A stretch of DNA of 27,666 nt, taken from the NCBI GenBank assembly GCA_016839765.1, contig JAEOTP010000076.1, positions 1-27,666 of the forward strand, in the 5' to 3' direction. Of this stretch, positions 25,695-27,666 are shown one piece after another (the stretch's first letter is position 1; each line of letters starts with the position of its first letter). A model generated the notes under the pieces. The model had not been told where the DNA came from. It did no database searches and was given only the letters and a program-made list of their open reading frames with translations. Position numbers and translations under genes: made by a program. Source of the DNA: Promethearchaeota archaeon. Lineage in GTDB: Archaea; Asgardarchaeota; Lokiarchaeia; Sigyniarchaeales; SOKP01.

Positions 25695-27666
25695 TTTCGC
25701 ATACAGCACCTCCGCCTGATATTGCGATTATTTCATCTAATAGCTGTTCATCACTAAAATTTAATAATTGTATTGCTCCTGTGGGACAAACAGGCATACA
25801 CATACCACAGGACTTGCAAGCAATTTCATTTACCATAGGTGTTCCATCATCATTAATTTCAATTGCAGCTGGAGCACATACAGTTTTACATAGTCCACAT
25901 CTAACACATAAATCGTAATCTACCGTAGGAACTAACATTTCTTTTTCGATATAACCTTTAACTAATGGAGCCGCTGCTATTGCTGCGGCATTCCCTGCTT
26001 GAGCAACTGATTCTGAAATGTCTTTAGGACCTTGAATAGCTCCCGCTAAAAAGATACCTCCTTTGCTACTTAATGTGGGGTTCATTTTAATATGAAATTC
26101 CTTAAGAAAACCTTCTTTTGAGCGAAGTACATGTAATTTTGACCCTAAAGGTCCGATGCCTTCAGGGGGTACCATCGCTGCTGAAAGTACGACCATGTCC
26201 GCCTTTAATTTTAACGGCGTTTGACTAAGAGTATCTTCGACTATAACTCTCAATTCTCCAGAAATAGGGTCTCTGAGAATCTCTGATGGACGTCCTCTAA
26301 TAAATCGAACACCTACCTCTTGAGCAGATTTATATAATTCTTCAAAGTTTAAACCAGGAGTCCTCACATCAATATAGCAGATAGTAACATCTGAATCGGG
26401 ATACATTTCTTTAACAATTCGAGCATTTTTAATTGCAAACTTACAACAACCTCCTGTACAGTATTGATTCCCTACTTGATCATTTCTACTTCCTACACAT
26501 TGTATCATTACAATACTTTTAGGAATTTTAGCATCAGAGGGTCTTAATACCTGACTGTTAGTAAGAGAACCGGGAGCTAGCATTCTTTCTAATTTGAGTT
26601 GTGTAATTACATCTTCATATCCTTCTTGACCATAATGGTATGGTTCAATTTCAGAGGGGTTATACTCATCATAACCCGCTGCGACAACAATAGAACCGAC
26701 TTTAAAGGTTTTTGTTTCGGTTTGCATTGAAAAATCTACTGCTTGTACAGGGCAAACGTTAATACAAGTATTACACTCAATACAGCTTTTTTTATCTCTC
26801 ACATACGTAGCGGGAATTGCTTGTGGATAGGCTTTATAAATTGCATTTCTCACTGACATACCACTATCCCATTCACTAGGTACCTCCACAGGACAGTGTA
26901 GGGCGCATTCACCGCAAGATGTACAGTTATCTTTGACATATCTTGGTTTAATTTCAACCTCAACTTCAAAATTACCCATTGAACCCTCTACACTTTTAAC
27001 TTGAGCATTAGTATAGAGTTCTATTAATGGATGATTAGCTACACCATTAGTTAATGGAGATATACTACATTGAGGACACTCCAATGTCGGGAATGTCTTA
27101 TTTAATTGTGTCATATGTCCCCCGATTGTAGATAATTTTTCTACTAAATAAACTGGAATTCCTAACTCAGCTAAATCATATGACGCACGAAGCCCTGCGA
27201 TACCAGCACCAATTACTAATGCAGCTTTCGTTGTAGGAACTCTCCGTGTCTCAACATCTTCTAATTTTCGTGCTCTATTTACTCCAGCTTCTACTAACTT
27301 CTTTGCTTTTTCAGTTGCTTTATCTTTTTCTTTCTGATGCACCCAACTATTATACTCTCTAATATTTACTTGTTGGTGTTTATGTCTATTAATTCCCATT
27401 TCTTCAATTGCTTTAGCAAAAGTCCTACCATGCTGATTTTTTGAACATGAAGCCACCACTGTTCTATTGACATCGAATTCTTCAATAGAATCTTTGAGCA
27501 TTTGTACTCCAGGTTTTGAACACATAAACATATAATGTTCAGCTTTAACCACGTTTGGTAAATCTTTAGCATAATCTGCTACTTTAGCAACATCGACGGT
27601 ACCAGCAATATTATGACCACAATGACATACAAAAACTCCTATTCTGGGATCTTCTTCTTTTTTATC
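25687..27666 (-). CDS. hdrA: Heterodisulfide reductase subunit A (5' end outside window)
   Basis: The frame is open from the window edge: DKKEEDPRIGVFVCHCGHNIAG...MFMCS, NIRE, VIGAGIAG, GGHMTQLNKTFPT, an inserted ferredoxin, QCVGSR, YCTGGCC, YIDVRTPG, GPKDI and a C-terminal 2x[4Fe-4S] ferredoxin. Confidence 0.95.
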   Translation of the reverse strand, partial: DKKEEDPRIGVFVCHCGHNIAGTVDVAKVADYAKDLPNVVKAEHYMFMCSKPGVQMLKDSIEEFDVNRTVVASCSKNQHGRTFAKAIEEMGINRHKHQQVNIREYNSWVHQKEKDKATEKAKKLVEAGVNRARKLEDVETRRVPTTKAALVIGAGIAGLRASYDLAELGIPVYLVEKLSTIGGHMTQLNKTFPTLECPQCSISPLTNGVANHPLIELYTNAQVKSVEGSMGNFEVEVEIKPRYVKDNCTSCGECALHCPVEVPSEWDSGMSVRNAIYKAYPQAIPATYVRDKKSCIECNTCINVCPVQAVDFSMQTETKTFKVGSIVVAAGYDEYNPSEIEPYHYGQEGYEDVITQLKLERMLAPGSLTNSQVLRPSDAKIPKSIVMIQCVGSRNDQVGNQYCTGGCCKFAIKNARIVKEMYPDSDVTICYIDVRTPGLNFEELYKSAQEVGVRFIRGRPSEILRDPISGELRVIVEDTLSQTPLKLKADMVVLSAAMVPPEGIGPLGSKLHVLRSKEGFLKEFHIKMNPTLSSKGGIFLAGAIQGPKDISESVAQAGNAAAIAAAPLVKGYIEKEMLVPTVDYDLCVRCGLCKTVCAPAAIEINDDGTPMVNEIACKSCGMCMPVCPTGAIQLLNFSDEQLLDEIIAISGGGAVCENE

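Noticed and set aside
25687-27552. ORF-track start of HdrA at GTG 27552
   Set aside because: The frame stays open to the window edge and encodes the conserved RIGVFVCHCG N-terminus, so the true start lies outside the window.
830-27572. Short antisense or overlapping ORFs (e.g. 830-1141, 2891-3163, 3281-3541, 10289-10609, 14026-14358, 16535-16927, 19241-19477, 22702-22959, 27366-27572)
   Set aside because: They are shadows of well-supported genes or AT-rich spacer, with F/S/I/L-biased composition and no recognisable motifs.
25242-27666. Selenocysteine recoding in HdrA/MvhD, which are selenoproteins in some archaea
   Set aside because: There is no in-frame TGA within the visible coding regions, and the relevant positions are Cys. 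The hdrA TGA stop is followed by further in-frame stops, mvhD is in a different frame, and no convincing SECIS was seen.

Overview
AT-rich window with dense, archaeal-style gene organisation. The gene content and the C-terminal zinc-ribbon coiled-coil proteins are most consistent with an Asgard archaeon (Lokiarchaeia-like); this assignment is inference only. The left part holds accessory and regulatory genes: DUF3795, Lrp, a probably decaying QueG-like Fe-S protein, two coiled-coil proteins sharing an unusual C-terminal Zn-ribbon, a ferredoxin-nitroreductase, a cold-shock protein, an RNase J-like beta-CASP protein, PNPOx-MarR, hydrolases, a SAP/HeH-wHTH protein and a PH-like/WH/Zn-ribbon protein. 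The middle has a GNAT, an acetoacetate decarboxylase-family gene, a GlcD-like FAD oxidoreductase followed by an HdrD/GlcF-like CCG protein that apparently starts at a non-canonical ATT, an orphan fused DppB-DppC permease lacking both EAA loops, and three metal transporters (FTR1, GDT1, CDF). The right end is a minus-strand operon hdrA(5'-truncated)-mvhD-mvhG-like-[FrhB with an inserted GltD/NfnB module plus HTH]-tusA. No NiFe large subunit follows the small subunit. This operon is the best candidate for an undescribed hydrogenase-free F420/NAD(P)H-linked electron-bifurcating complex. No rRNA, tRNA, CRISPR array or mobile element was recognised.
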